Position numbers and translations under genes: made by a program. A stretch of DNA of 64,000 nucleotides from a virus: positions 18,210 to 82,209 of the IMG/VR virus record IMGVR_UViG_3300025410_000016. The stretch is one strand, 5' to 3'. The notes below the pieces were generated by a model that saw only the letters and a program-made list of their open reading frames with translations, was not told the DNA's origin and ran no database searches. Shown piece by piece: positions 8,128 to 18,812 of this stretch; within the stretch, counting starts at the first letter, position 1; every line of letters starts with the position of its first letter.

Positions 8128-11100
8128 CTGAACCTGTGAACGTGACCGTCGGCGCTGCGTCCGTTGGACTCGCAGTGTCGCTTCAAGATCAGACCGTCGC
8201 CCTCACCGCTCCGGTGGGGGCTGCCAGCGTCGCGCTTGGAGTCACGGTCGGCGGGGCGGTTTCGTTCTCGCTCGGCACCATCGACCCGGTCTACTCCGTC
8301 GGAGTTGGTTCCGCGGCATCTATCGGCGTCTACTCCGCATCGGTCGGGCAACTCGGCGTCGTCGCTCTCGGAACGGATCTCGGTGGCACCGCAGCATCTC
8401 CGATCGTTGTCGGTCTCGACGGGACCCCGCTCGGTCCGCTCGCGGTCGCGAGCGTGGGGCAAGTGCTGCAGTGGAACGGCACAGCGTGGGTCCCCGGCAC
8501 GATCACCTCGGGCGTGACTTCGGTCAATGGAGCGACTGGCGTCGTTGTCCTCAACGCTGCCAGCGTGGGGGCGGACCCGGCTGGCAGCGCCGCTGCTGCT
8601 TCAATGCAACTTCTGCCGCTCTCTGGCGGGACGCTCACGGGTCCGCTGGCGGGGACGAGCGCGTCGTTCTCTGGCGAGATCGTCGCTCAGGACTTCTCTG
8701 CGACCGGCATTGGCTCGGCATCTGCAGGGGCGCGGTTCGTCGGCGGGACGACCTCCGGCGCTCCGACGAGCGGGACGTTCAATGCTGGAGACTTCATCAT
8801 CGACCAGACCGGCAAGATCTGGTTCTGCAACGTCGCCGGTTCCCCTGGCCAGTGGTTCACTGCTGGGAAGACGGCGGTGGTTCGGTCAACCTCTGCGAGC
8901 GTTGGCCCGAACGAGCAGACGGTCTGGAACGGCACCACGGCTGCTCAGACTCTCACGCTCCCTACTGCGGCAGTGTCGGGCTACACCAACATTCTGGTGA
9001 ACTACAGCACTACGCTCGCCGGGTCGGGAACGGTCACGATTGCCCCGAACACTGGCCAGTCGCTCAACTACTTCGGCAAGACTGGCAACTACAACTTGAG
9101 CCAAGGCGAAAGCGTCATCTTGTCTTACGTTGCCACGAGTGCGACGACGGGAACGTGGTACGCGGTCGAGGCGAACAACCTCGCCTACGCCTTCTTCCCT
9201 GAGGCAAGCATCACGGCGACTGGGTCGACGCTCAACAACGCTGCTCCGCTTGCACTCGGCTACAACCTCGTAACGGGCGCGACGGCGAGTGCGAACTACG
9301 GCTCTGGGACTGGCGTGATCCTGCCAAAGCCCACCATCCTCGGCACGCAGATCCTCGTCGAGAACACTTCAGCGAACTGGTTGGTGATGTACCCGACTCC
9401 GGGCGGCAACATCGACGGTGGCGGGCAGGACAGCCCCGTTTGGCTCCCTCCGAACTGCGTCTGGACTGGCGTCTTGAACTCCCTAAGCCCCGTTGCTTGG
9501 ACGAGCCTCGTTCCCGGCATGGTCGGCTCACCTGGCCAGACGACGATTGCCTACGGGTACGGGAACGCCTCTGTCGGACTGACCACGACCGGCGTGTCGG
9601 CGAACACCTACGGGCTGTCAGCCTCGACCTCGCCGACGTTGACGATCGACTCCTACGGGCGCATCACGGCGGCGTCCTCTACCCCTATCGTTATCCCCGC
9701 TTCGCAGTTGTCCTCCGGCTCCGTCAACACGACCGCTGGACAACTGACGGGTGGCGGTGCGCTATCGAGCAACCCGACGCTCGGCCTTGCGACGAGTGGA
9801 GTGTCTGCGAATACCTACGGGCTCTCGGCGTCGACTTCGCCGACCTTGGCAATCGACGCCTACGGGCGCACCACCGCAGCATCTTCAACGCCCATCGCCA
9901 TCCCGCACACCTCGGTCACCGACTGGGCGTCGAACGTGAGCGCTCTCGGTCTGAGTGTGCAGGCTGCCACTGGTGGCACGACGTGGAACGGGACTGCGGC
10001 TGACGGTGGGACGATCGTCCAGTGGACCGGCTCGGGCACGTCGACCTACAACCTGCCGACGACGGTCCCGTCGACTCCGTGGTGGGTCATCGTCACCAAC
10101 TTGAACACGACCGGCAACGTGCAGTTGGCTCCAGGGTCGAAGTTGCTCAACAACGGCAGTACGGGGTACACGGTCCAGCCTGGCCAGTCCGCTCTGGTCT
10201 GGTCCGACGGATCGAACTACCAGATGTTTGCCAACTTCTCCCCGGCCACCTACACCTTCTTGAACAACCTCGCGACTGCGTTCACCTTGATTACTACATC
10301 GGCGTCGGTGTTCCAGGGATCGACCAACACTAGGGTTGTGTTCACCGGCTCGGCGTTCGGGCAGACAGTGACGTTCCCTTGTTACTCGGCTGGCGCCATC
10401 AACATAGTCACCAACGACTCATCGCAGCCAATCAACATCGTAAGTGGCAACACGGCTGGGACTGCCGGTGTCGGCGTCATCACGAAACTCGACGGGACGA
10501 CGACGGTCGCTGGTGGTGTTGGCTCCGCCTCCGTCTCCGGAACTCCAACCATCACGAGCGGTACGGGTGGGAGTGTCACCGTCGGGGCTGCGACCTTCCC
10601 GTTCCCTGCCTCTGGTGGTTCGATCTACGTCGTCCACAATGGCGCCGGGTATGCCATGCCTTACACGTCCTACTCGGCGAGCACGTTTGTCATTCCGAGC
10701 ACCTACTCCGGCCCGACCGTGACGCTTGGGCCGAATGACTTGGTGACCTCGTACGGGTTTCTGTTGTCGCCGAACTCTTCGGTGATGATGCTCCAGCAGA
10801 CGTCGACGGCGTGGTGGGTCGTGTCTCAGAGCAGCAGTGCGAACTCACTCTACGGCGGTCCGGTGTGGAACTACGTCCCGCTGACCAACATCTTGACCTC
10901 TGCGATCACCAACGGGTCGACGATCACATCTCTCTCGACATCTGCTCTGCCGTATGCAATCAACGCCGGGTCGGTCCAACTTGTACTCGGGGCTACGAAT
11001 CAGATTCTCGCGACAAGTGGGGCGTCCGTCGGGTCGACGAGCATCCCCATCACTGGATCTCCGGTGGCATCGTTCGGCGCATCAGTTGGGACTGGGATCT

Positions 11101-14100
11101 TCCCGAACAGCATCACGCTCCAGAGCCCGTGGACTCACGCAGATCAAACCGGAACTGCATGTCAGTTGGCGGTCGGCCTAACGAGCGGCGTATCGAGCGG
11201 GTCAACGCTGACCGTGTCGCCGCTGAAGTTCGCTCTGCCAAGCGGGGCAACGGTCTACGTCTTCGCTAGCACGTCCACCTACCAGGCGTTCACCCTGACG
11301 GCGCGAGCCGAGATTGGGGCGACAACGCTCTACGTGACTGCACAGACCGCGAACGCTACGTACAACACCGCCACCAGAGTGGTCGTGGTCGGCTCGGGAA
11401 CAGTGACTCTGACGCAGAATGTCTACTTGCCTGCTGCGACTGCTGCCGGGCAACAGGTCGTGGTCGAGCGGACGCTTGGCGTCGCAATGACGGTGTATGC
11501 CCCGACGAACTCGACTCTCGGTGGCAATAACTCCTCTTACACCATCCAAGCCGCTGGAGCCAACCTGGGAGCAGTAGTCGTGTTCCAGAGTGCCACTGGC
11601 GGAGAATGGCAGCCGGTTGGATCGTTCTCTACTGACTTTTCCCACGGTTACCAAGTCTCTGGCACGCTGGAAATGTACAACAACTCGCAGTTTCGAGCGG
11701 TCCCAACGACGTTCACGTCGGCGCAAACGCTTGGGTCGGGTAGCGGCCAGTACCAGAACCTGTCGATGCTGTTCTCGAACTCATCCACGACCCCGTACAC
11801 CTCCACGTTCGGGACGTCGATGACGACGGGCATCGTCATGTGGATTGAGAACTCTGCATCGTCGGCTGGCGCGGTCATCTTCAACTGCGCTGGGACCGGG
11901 ACCATCGGAGGACTCTCTTCCTTGACGCTCCCTCCAGGTTCCAGCATGTGCGTTCGAGTTGACGTCGCGGGGAATAACCCCGTCATCGCCGTGCTCGGTT
12001 TCTTCGGTCCAAACAGTGTCGAACCGGCGACGCTGCTCGAAGGGCTGCCGTTCACGGTGTACGGCCACTCGTTCACGACGCCGCTGCAGAACAACGCGAT
12101 CTCTTGGCCTCCCGCTCAGGGCGGCACCTTCGCCCCGGCTGGGAACGGACTGGCATGGTCATGGCCGAACCGAGTCGCGCTGCGACTGCGGACGATGGAC
12201 TATGCGCTCGGTCGCCTCGGCTCGCTCCGCCTCGGAGGCATCCCCGGCACGACCCTGGCGACTACGGCGAACACGATTGTGTCTGGCAATGGCCTGCGGA
12301 ACTCTGGTGGTGTCTCGGACGCTGACGCCTACAGCGACCTCCAGTGGAACCCCGGTCATGGCGCTGTCGCAGGATCGTACGGCTTGACTCCTGCATCTGG
12401 GCTGACGACGCAGAGCGCAGCGGACCCCGGAATCGTGGCGATGAGTTGTGCAGTCAACGACGCGACCGCTCAGACCCTCCACCAGAACTCCGTCTTCGGC
12501 GGATGGTGGACAATCATGCACCGGGGCGGCACGGGCTACTCGTCGAACAACCTCTACATGTGGAGGGACTACGGCATCACGTTCCAGGGAACGGGGCTCA
12601 ACGCGAACTCGAACGGGATCGTAGGTAACGGTAGCAACTCGTACAGCACGCTCTACTGCTCGCCGCTGCCCTACACGATCTCATCTGGGCAGACGTTCCT
12701 GATTGCTAACGGTTCGTCTCTGGGCAACGGGGCTTCGTACCTGGCAGCGACGGCGAGCGCTACTGCCTCCATCGGAGCGACGCAAATCAACATCAACACC
12801 GTGACCCCTGCCTCCGGCTCATACTCGGTGAGTCAGACGTCCAGCCCGGTGAAGATGTACCCCGCCTACCTTCTCGGCACCGAAGCGACCGCCGCTGCAT
12901 GGAGCACGGCGACCTCCGCAGCAAGCGTGCAGGCAGCGCTCGCTGCGCTGAACTACTCAACGACAGTGAAGGTGTCGACGCCAACATCACCAACGGTGTC
13001 CACGACGAACGGCTCGACCTCTGCATCAGTGACGTCAGGGACAACCTATGCAGCGGACTACTTCCAAGTCGGCGACTACGCCACGATCAACGCGGCTGGT
13101 TACACCGTCGCATCCGTGGGACCCGCGTCAGTCTTCCTCCTCGGCAGCAATGCTGGGTCGACCGGGTCCTACACGGCGACCATCGTCAACCGCTACCGCT
13201 TCTACTACACGACTCCCGCTCCCGTTGCGGGGGCGGGGTCACTCCTCGGGAACCCGGTGTCTCTAGTCGGCATGGCTGGGGCGGCCCAAGACACGGTCAC
13301 CACAGCGTACGGGGGCTACACCAGTGACACGCCGCTCTACACCATCCCGCAGTCTGGCATTATCACCACGACAGCGGGGACGACTTCAGCAAGCATCCCC
13401 GCAGCAGGCACCATCACGACGACTCGCGGGTCGCAGATCGCTTCATTCACTGGGCCTCCTCCTGCTCCTGGCCAGCCCATCTGGATTGCTGGGGCGGGAC
13501 TGAGCGGTACGCACTTCCAGACCAACGTCCAAGGGGTCGGCGTGGCGTGGGGCTTGACGGCCTCGCAGGTCCGGCTGGCGAGCGCCGCGAGCGCGGGCAC
13601 CGGGTCGAGCGCGAACTGGTGGACGGTCCCCGCTCAGTACGACGCGATCCAGTCCGCCCCTACGGTCCTGACAATCACGCCTGGGGCGACGAGCGGCAAC
13701 GCTCAGGCGACTGGTGGATACCTCACTGCATGGTACGGAGGGGCGTCCGCGGTTGTCTCGTACAACACTCCAGCATCGGCTGTCGCGACCGCCCTGCAAG
13801 GTCTCACGATCGGTTCTGGGGCGTCTTGCTCGGCAACTGGTGGGTCGGTGAACTCTGCTGCCACTGTCCTGACGTTCACCTCTCCAGTCGCCGGGCTCTG
13901 GGTCGACTTCTCGACGCTCACGACGAACTTCGGCATGGCCGGTGGCTACACCGCGGCCTGGACGACGGCGAGCGCGAGCGGCACGTTCAGCGGTGTCCCG
14001 ACATGGAGCGGCACGCCCTTCTCGTCCAACCTGACCTGCACAACTGCTGCGACGATGGCAGCGGCTGCATCGGTCAACGCTCGCCTCGCATCGAGCCAGT

Positions 14101-15707
14101 GGTATGGCGTGAGCAGTGCGATCTACGGTGGAGCGGGCTTCGCCGGGGTCAAGGCTGCGTGGAAGAACGGCCTGACCGCGTCGCTGCGGTGGTTCAAGTC
14201 TGACGCTGGCGCAGCGAACAACGGCTACGCAGCCTTCAGTGGCCCGAACAAGGCGACGACGACCCTCCCATCAACTTCGACTACCCGATGCACCACGAGC
14301 ATTTACGGCGCTGCCGTGCCGCCCGGCTACACGGGTGGGCAGTTCCCCTGGGGGCAGGTCATCTACCTTCAAGGTAACGGTTTAGACACTTCGCTTTCAT
14401 GCCCGCAAGTGGGCGCGTACGCGACGGTAACGGGTGGCGGTTTCACTACGGTCAGCGGGACTGTCCTGTATGTCGGCCCGAACTCGTCGTACTTCGTGAT
14501 TAGCAACGCGACATCACAGAGCACGCTGAGCGGCATCGTAGCGAACTACACTCTCGGTGGCGCCAGCGTCGGGGCAGCATCGGTCTCCCTCAACGGCTCA
14601 ACCACTCCAGTTGTCGGCGACTACCTCTATGACGTCGTGGTCGGACACACGAGTTATCTGGCCACGGGAACGAAGATCACGTCAGTGACGGGAGCCTCTC
14701 CGAACTGGGTTGTCGGCTTGAGCGCTTCGGTGGTTACGGCAGCAACAGGTGACGTGGTCACCATGAGCACGTACGACTTGCTGACGGCGACGTTCAATGA
14801 CTGGGTGACTGAGGCAGACTCATACGCCACGGGCACACCGACGTACACGTCGAACACTAACTTCGGTGGCTCTGGGAACCAGAGCGCTACAGCGCCGAAC
14901 GCTGGAGTCGTGAACCTGGGCTGCTCGAACACCTACGGCAGCACCATCCGGACGACCAGTGTCTCGTCGACTCCTCCGTCGTACGTGCTCACGGTCAACG
15001 ACGCTCAGAGCGCTGGCGAAGTCATCGCCCTCTACCCCGTCTACCCGTACCAGAACAACGACCTCACGGTGTCCAACAGTTACTCCACGGGCTTCTCGAT
15101 GGTCGCCAGCGTCGGCCAGACGAGGTACGGCGTGCGCACCTATGGGATGCCGTCGGCGAGGACTCCCTTGCAGACGAGCCCGCTGCGGACGCAGGGCACG
15201 GTGGCGGCTCCGCTCTCGGTGACTGGTGGGTCGGTGAACACGGTGACCATCACCAAGCCTGCTGGGGACACCCTCAGCCCGACGCTCCACACGGGTCTGC
15301 CGGTGGAGTTCGACTGCGTCTTCACCACGACGCAATACCCGCCACTCGTCCTTCTCGTGGCGGAGTACTCACCACCGGCGCAGACGCTGCTCTTCATGTC
15401 ACAAGCCTTCTGCGAACTCATGCAGTCGTACGCGGACGTGTCGAGTCAATCGGAGTTCGCATGGTACGTGGTGACCGTGCCTCCGATGACGACTCTTCTC
15501 GCCAGCGATCTCAACGGCTCGACCTACCAGCAACTCCACCCGAACAACACCGGCCAGCAGAAGATGACGACGTACCTGTCGAACTGGATGGCGGCGAACG
15601 TGCCGCTCTGGTACTACGGGCCGCTCCCCTTCAGCCGGTACAACTCTCAAGGCATCGCACTGAGCGCTGGCACTACCGGCCTCGGCTCACGTATCGGCTA
15701 CGCCTAG
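8124..15707 (+). CDS. giant fibre/appendage protein (~2,527 aa) with fibre repeats and a split SGNH-like domain
   Basis: GTG start overlapping previous stop; S/T/G/A-rich; VTSVNGATG, LPLSGGTLTGPL, two TIDxYGR repeats; GHS/VND/LHPN blocks. Confidence 0.8.
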   Translation: MTEPVNVTVGAASVGLAVSLQDQTVALTAPVGAASVALGVTVGGAVSFSLGTIDPVYSVGVGSAASIGVYSASVGQLGVVALGTDLGGTAASPIVVGLDGTPLGPLAVASVGQVLQWNGTAWVPGTITSGVTSVNGATGVVVLNAASVGADPAGSAAAASMQLLPLSGGTLTGPLAGTSASFSGEIVAQDFSATGIGSASAGARFVGGTTSGAPTSGTFNAGDFIIDQTGKIWFCNVAGSPGQWFTAGKTAVVRSTSASVGPNEQTVWNGTTAAQTLTLPTAAVSGYTNILVNYSTTLAGSGTVTIAPNTGQSLNYFGKTGNYNLSQGESVILSYVATSATTGTWYAVEANNLAYAFFPEASITATGSTLNNAAPLALGYNLVTGATASANYGSGTGVILPKPTILGTQILVENTSANWLVMYPTPGGNIDGGGQDSPVWLPPNCVWTGVLNSLSPVAWTSLVPGMVGSPGQTTIAYGYGNASVGLTTTGVSANTYGLSASTSPTLTIDSYGRITAASSTPIVIPASQLSSGSVNTTAGQLTGGGALSSNPTLGLATSGVSANTYGLSASTSPTLAIDAYGRTTAASSTPIAIPHTSVTDWASNVSALGLSVQAATGGTTWNGTAADGGTIVQWTGSGTSTYNLPTTVPSTPWWVIVTNLNTTGNVQLAPGSKLLNNGSTGYTVQPGQSALVWSDGSNYQMFANFSPATYTFLNNLATAFTLITTSASVFQGSTNTRVVFTGSAFGQTVTFPCYSAGAINIVTNDSSQPINIVSGNTAGTAGVGVITKLDGTTTVAGGVGSASVSGTPTITSGTGGSVTVGAATFPFPASGGSIYVVHNGAGYAMPYTSYSASTFVIPSTYSGPTVTLGPNDLVTSYGFLLSPNSSVMMLQQTSTAWWVVSQSSSANSLYGGPVWNYVPLTNILTSAITNGSTITSLSTSALPYAINAGSVQLVLGATNQILATSGASVGSTSIPITGSPVASFGASVGTGIFPNSITLQSPWTHADQTGTACQLAVGLTSGVSSGSTLTVSPLKFALPSGATVYVFASTSTYQAFTLTARAEIGATTLYVTAQTANATYNTATRVVVVGSGTVTLTQNVYLPAATAAGQQVVVERTLGVAMTVYAPTNSTLGGNNSSYTIQAAGANLGAVVVFQSATGGEWQPVGSFSTDFSHGYQVSGTLEMYNNSQFRAVPTTFTSAQTLGSGSGQYQNLSMLFSNSSTTPYTSTFGTSMTTGIVMWIENSASSAGAVIFNCAGTGTIGGLSSLTLPPGSSMCVRVDVAGNNPVIAVLGFFGPNSVEPATLLEGLPFTVYGHSFTTPLQNNAISWPPAQGGTFAPAGNGLAWSWPNRVALRLRTMDYALGRLGSLRLGGIPGTTLATTANTIVSGNGLRNSGGVSDADAYSDLQWNPGHGAVAGSYGLTPASGLTTQSAADPGIVAMSCAVNDATAQTLHQNSVFGGWWTIMHRGGTGYSSNNLYMWRDYGITFQGTGLNANSNGIVGNGSNSYSTLYCSPLPYTISSGQTFLIANGSSLGNGASYLAATASATASIGATQININTVTPASGSYSVSQTSSPVKMYPAYLLGTEATAAAWSTATSAASVQAALAALNYSTTVKVSTPTSPTVSTTNGSTSASVTSGTTYAADYFQVGDYATINAAGYTVASVGPASVFLLGSNAGSTGSYTATIVNRYRFYYTTPAPVAGAGSLLGNPVSLVGMAGAAQDTVTTAYGGYTSDTPLYTIPQSGIITTTAGTTSASIPAAGTITTTRGSQIASFTGPPPAPGQPIWIAGAGLSGTHFQTNVQGVGVAWGLTASQVRLASAASAGTGSSANWWTVPAQYDAIQSAPTVLTITPGATSGNAQATGGYLTAWYGGASAVVSYNTPASAVATALQGLTIGSGASCSATGGSVNSAATVLTFTSPVAGLWVDFSTLTTNFGMAGGYTAAWTTASASGTFSGVPTWSGTPFSSNLTCTTAATMAAAASVNARLASSQWYGVSSAIYGGAGFAGVKAAWKNGLTASLRWFKSDAGAANNGYAAFSGPNKATTTLPSTSTTRCTTSIYGAAVPPGYTGGQFPWGQVIYLQGNGLDTSLSCPQVGAYATVTGGGFTTVSGTVLYVGPNSSYFVISNATSQSTLSGIVANYTLGGASVGAASVSLNGSTTPVVGDYLYDVVVGHTSYLATGTKITSVTGASPNWVVGLSASVVTAATGDVVTMSTYDLLTATFNDWVTEADSYATGTPTYTSNTNFGGSGNQSATAPNAGVVNLGCSNTYGSTIRTTSVSSTPPSYVLTVNDAQSAGEVIALYPVYPYQNNDLTVSNSYSTGFSMVASVGQTRYGVRTYGMPSARTPLQTSPLRTQGTVAAPLSVTGGSVNTVTITKPAGDTLSPTLHTGLPVEFDCVFTTTQYPPLVLLVAEYSPPAQTLLFMSQAFCELMQSYADVSSQSEFAWYVVTVPPMTTLLASDLNGSTYQQLHPNNTGQQKMTTYLSNWMAANVPLWYYGPLPFSRYNSQGIALSAGTTGLGSRIGYA
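9591..9905 (+). repeat. two copies of a tail-fibre repeat (GVSANTYGLSASTSPTLxIDxYGRxTAASSTPI)
   Basis: copies near 9591-9698 and 9798-9905, protein nearly identical, synonymous codons diverged. Confidence 0.8.
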
Positions 15708-15729
15708 ACCTGCGCCCACGGAGGCAAAC

Positions 15730-16677
15730 ATGACCATGACCAGCGCGTACGCACCTTTTGATGTCTCGTACAGTCAGCGGACTCCGTACTTGACCGTTAC
15801 GGAGTACCAGAACGCCCCGACCGCTTTAGACATCGGTAACCTTGTGGCAGGTGGTAGCCCTCTCGTTCAGCAACAGGCGCTCCAAGAGGTCATTGGGCGC
15901 GCCTCGTCTTGGATGGATCAGTTCTGTTGCGGAGCGTGGGGGACCCTTGCTGCGACGCAGAACATCGAGAACGGTCGAGTGTGGGGGAATCGTAATGGGC
16001 AGTTAGTCGTCCACCCGAAGTACTGGCCCATCTTGTCGGTGGACACCTTCTCCTACAGCGCCATTGGTGGGAACCAGTGGGGAGTAGGTGGTCTGTCCGG
16101 TGGGTTTGGAACGACCGCCGCTTCGATCACCCCGGCGGGGAACATCTGGATTGAGCCACAGCAGTTCGTGGTGTCTCCTTCTGGTGTGTCATCATGGAAC
16201 GTCAACTCCGCGCAAGGCATCGGCACCGCCGAGTACTTCTGCGAGTGGACGTACACGAACGGTTGGCCGGTCACCACCTTGGCGGCTTCGGTCGCTGCAG
16301 GGTCTCAGTCGATCACGTTGACGAACGTGACCGGGATCTTCCCCGGCACCGCGCTCACGCTGTACGACATGCCCAACGATGAGCAGATCCAAGTGGCGTC
16401 GACCTACTCGGTCGGCGCTTCGGTTGTGCCTCTGGTGTCCCCGCTGCAGTACACCCACTTCAGCGCCATGGCGACCAACCTGCCCCCGGCGATCAAGCAG
16501 GCAGCGATCCTGGCGACGACGGCGTTCATCAAGGAGCGGGGGTCCGGTGCACTCGTGGTGAACGACATCGGTGAGGTCACCCACAGTGAGCAGGGATCAG
16601 TCCAGAACAGTGCCGGCGATTGGGCACAAGCGGAGTTCTTGCTCATGCCGTTCCGTCAAACGTTCGTGGGGTACTAA
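15730..16677 (+). CDS. head-to-tail adaptor
   Basis: N-terminal PYLTVTEY and C-terminal LPPAIKQAAIL helices; position before tail genes. Confidence 0.7.
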   Translation: MTMTSAYAPFDVSYSQRTPYLTVTEYQNAPTALDIGNLVAGGSPLVQQQALQEVIGRASSWMDQFCCGAWGTLAATQNIENGRVWGNRNGQLVVHPKYWPILSVDTFSYSAIGGNQWGVGGLSGGFGTTAASITPAGNIWIEPQQFVVSPSGVSSWNVNSAQGIGTAEYFCEWTYTNGWPVTTLAASVAAGSQSITLTNVTGIFPGTALTLYDMPNDEQIQVASTYSVGASVVPLVSPLQYTHFSAMATNLPPAIKQAAILATTAFIKERGSGALVVNDIGEVTHSEQGSVQNSAGDWAQAEFLLMPFRQTFVGY

Positions 16678-17189
16678 TGCCCAAGACCGAAGTCCGCAAC
16701 GCGATTGAGGCGTACCTCACCCCACAGAAGTCGAACATCACTCACCTTGGGGCGGTGTACCCCGCGCTCCCGAAGGTGGCGAACGAGAGCGACCTGTTCG
16801 CGTTCGAGCCGCCCGGTACTGGTGTTGGTGCGCTGATCTTCATGTTCATCGAGTCCCAAGAAGAGACTCGCATTGCGTTCGGTGGTCCCTACAACGGGCG
16901 CAAGTTTCGTCCCTACACCTTGGCGCTGCTGTGCGTCATGAAGAGCGACCTGCGGACTGCTGCGGAAGGACAAGCCGAGTTCGATACGTTTATCGACTCC
17001 CTCACTGCGTACATCCAGGCAGACCGCAACGCCGGGGATCCCTCGGTGATCTTCCAGTGGGGTGAGGGTGGCGAGCGTTCCGGCCCCGACCTACGTATTG
17101 ACTACCCCGTGCCGAAGACGAGCAAGGGTGGGGTCATGATCTTTCAGGCGGTGGCCCGCATCACCGTCTGTGAAGTGCTCGACACCTAG
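16677..17189 (+). CDS. putative tail terminator/completion protein
   Basis: TAATG overlap; size and position between adaptor and tail tube. Confidence 0.55.
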   Translation: MPKTEVRNAIEAYLTPQKSNITHLGAVYPALPKVANESDLFAFEPPGTGVGALIFMFIESQEETRIAFGGPYNGRKFRPYTLALLCVMKSDLRTAAEGQAEFDTFIDSLTAYIQADRNAGDPSVIFQWGEGGERSGPDLRIDYPVPKTSKGGVMIFQAVARITVCEVLDT

Positions 17190-17200
17190 GAGGCAACGCC

Positions 17201-17452
17201 GTGAGCACATACAAGTACGCCTACGTCGGCGACCAGCCAACTGTCTTCACCTCTCTGCAGAACGAGGACGGGACGACTTGGGTTCCGGCGAAGGGCGAGG
17301 TGATTGAGTTGAGTGAGCCGGTAGCACACCCGCTCCTCCGCTTGGTCACGGCAGCACCCGTCATTGAAGTTGATGACGTAACCGACCCAGAACCGGACGA
17401 CGTGCCGGACAGCGACCCGGTCTCTGAGCCGGCGAAGAACGAGGAGAAGTAA
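17201..17452 (+). CDS. small acidic protein preceding tail tube gene
   Basis: GGAGG RBS, 83 aa. Confidence 0.6.
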   Translation: MSTYKYAYVGDQPTVFTSLQNEDGTTWVPAKGEVIELSEPVAHPLLRLVTAAPVIEVDDVTDPEPDDVPDSDPVSEPAKNEEK

Positions 17453-17454
17453 CC

Positions 17455-18444
17455 GTGCCATTTTTGACCGCGAACTCCTACTTTGGCCTTGCGCCAGAGT
17501 CGACCTACGGAACGGCGGCGTCGATTGCGACGTTCACCCCCGTGACGAGCCCGAAGGTCGCCAACGACGTGACGTGGCTAGACGACAGCGCCTTCCGTGG
17601 CTCCCCTGTCGATCACTACGATCAGGTCCCTGGCGTCATCAAGGCTGCCTACGACGGGAAGACCTACATCTTCTCCGACGTGTTCCCGCATCTCGTCAGA
17701 GCCGCCCTCGGTTCGACGGACAGCGTTGGTGCCTCGGTGACGGTGGTGAACTCTGCCGGCGCATCGGTGACCGCTTACCCGCACACCATCGGTCTGCAGA
17801 ACCAGGCCAACACCGGGTCCCAGGCTCCGTCGTACACCATCATCAACGACTCGGTCGACAACTCGTACCAGTTGACCGGTGCTCGTCTGAGCGACCTGGC
17901 GATTGCGGTGTCGGTGGACGCGGCGATTGACGCCACGTTCTCCTTCATGGGCAACGCCGCTTCGGTGGTGGCTTCGGTCTCCCCGAACGAGTCGACGCAG
18001 CACTTGGTCCCGGCGTGGAGCACGTCTGCGTCCATCAGTGGTGCATCGGTGGCGGTGATTGAGTCCCTTGAGATCAACATCAAGCGCAACGCCACCTCGA
18101 TCCACACCCTTGGACAGCAGGGTCCTTACAACAACTTCCAGTCGCCGATCTCCGTTGAGGGCAAGTTCCTCTTCGTGGTTGAGGCGAACGAGACGTTCTA
18201 CGCCAACGCCTTGCAGCGTGCTCAGTTGCCGGTGCGGCTGCAGTTCACTGACCCGGCCACTGGTTACAACGTGGTTGTGCAGATGTCTGCGGTCCAGTTG
18301 GAAGCCCCGGTCATTGACCAGAGCAAGTCCTACGTGACCTTGCAGGCCAACTTCGTGGCCGTCGCCAACACCACCGACGCGGTGGCGGGTGGCTACTCCC
18401 CGATCAAGTTCATCATCACGAACGGGCAGTCGACGCAGTACTAA
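17455..18444 (+). CDS. major tail tube protein
   Basis: 329 aa, FGLAPESTYGT N-terminus, beta-rich, upstream of chaperones and tape measure. Confidence 0.85.
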   Translation: MPFLTANSYFGLAPESTYGTAASIATFTPVTSPKVANDVTWLDDSAFRGSPVDHYDQVPGVIKAAYDGKTYIFSDVFPHLVRAALGSTDSVGASVTVVNSAGASVTAYPHTIGLQNQANTGSQAPSYTIINDSVDNSYQLTGARLSDLAIAVSVDAAIDATFSFMGNAASVVASVSPNESTQHLVPAWSTSASISGASVAVIESLEINIKRNATSIHTLGQQGPYNNFQSPISVEGKFLFVVEANETFYANALQRAQLPVRLQFTDPATGYNVVVQMSAVQLEAPVIDQSKSYVTLQANFVAVANTTDAVAGGYSPIKFIITNGQSTQY

Positions 18445-18480
18445 GCCGACCCCCCTGGCCCGAAGAAAGAAGGTGCCGAC

Positions 18481-18792
18481 ATGGAGATGAGTCAACTCTT
18501 CAGCCGGCGCACTGACGCGGCAGTAGATTTCAGGCCAGACGTTCGGCCCGAGTCTGCTTCCGCGCAGTTGCGCCGGCTGTCGCAGCATTTGCGGACGGAC
18601 GTTCCGCCCGCTGACGACATCATTGATTGCCCAGAAGCACTTGCCGCGTTGCGTGAGTACACGTACCGCAAGATCTTCACGCAGACCTCTCACGAGGACT
18701 TCGTGAGGTTGGACAGCACCTCGCCAGAGGTCATTGACTGGCTGATCGCTGTCCATGAAGTAGCAAGCGACGCACACCGGCAGCGCCGGTAA
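18481..18792 (+). CDS. stand-alone paralog of the tail chaperone frameshift (gpT-like) segment
   Basis: pattern LRRL..L...LREY.Y..IF...S.E.F...DWLI.V resembles the -1 frame product at 19196-19426. Confidence 0.5.
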   Translation: MEMSQLFSRRTDAAVDFRPDVRPESASAQLRRLSQHLRTDVPPADDIIDCPEALAALREYTYRKIFTQTSHEDFVRLDSTSPEVIDWLIAVHEVASDAHRQRR

Positions 18793-18812
18793 CCCAAACA
18801 AAGGAGACAGAA

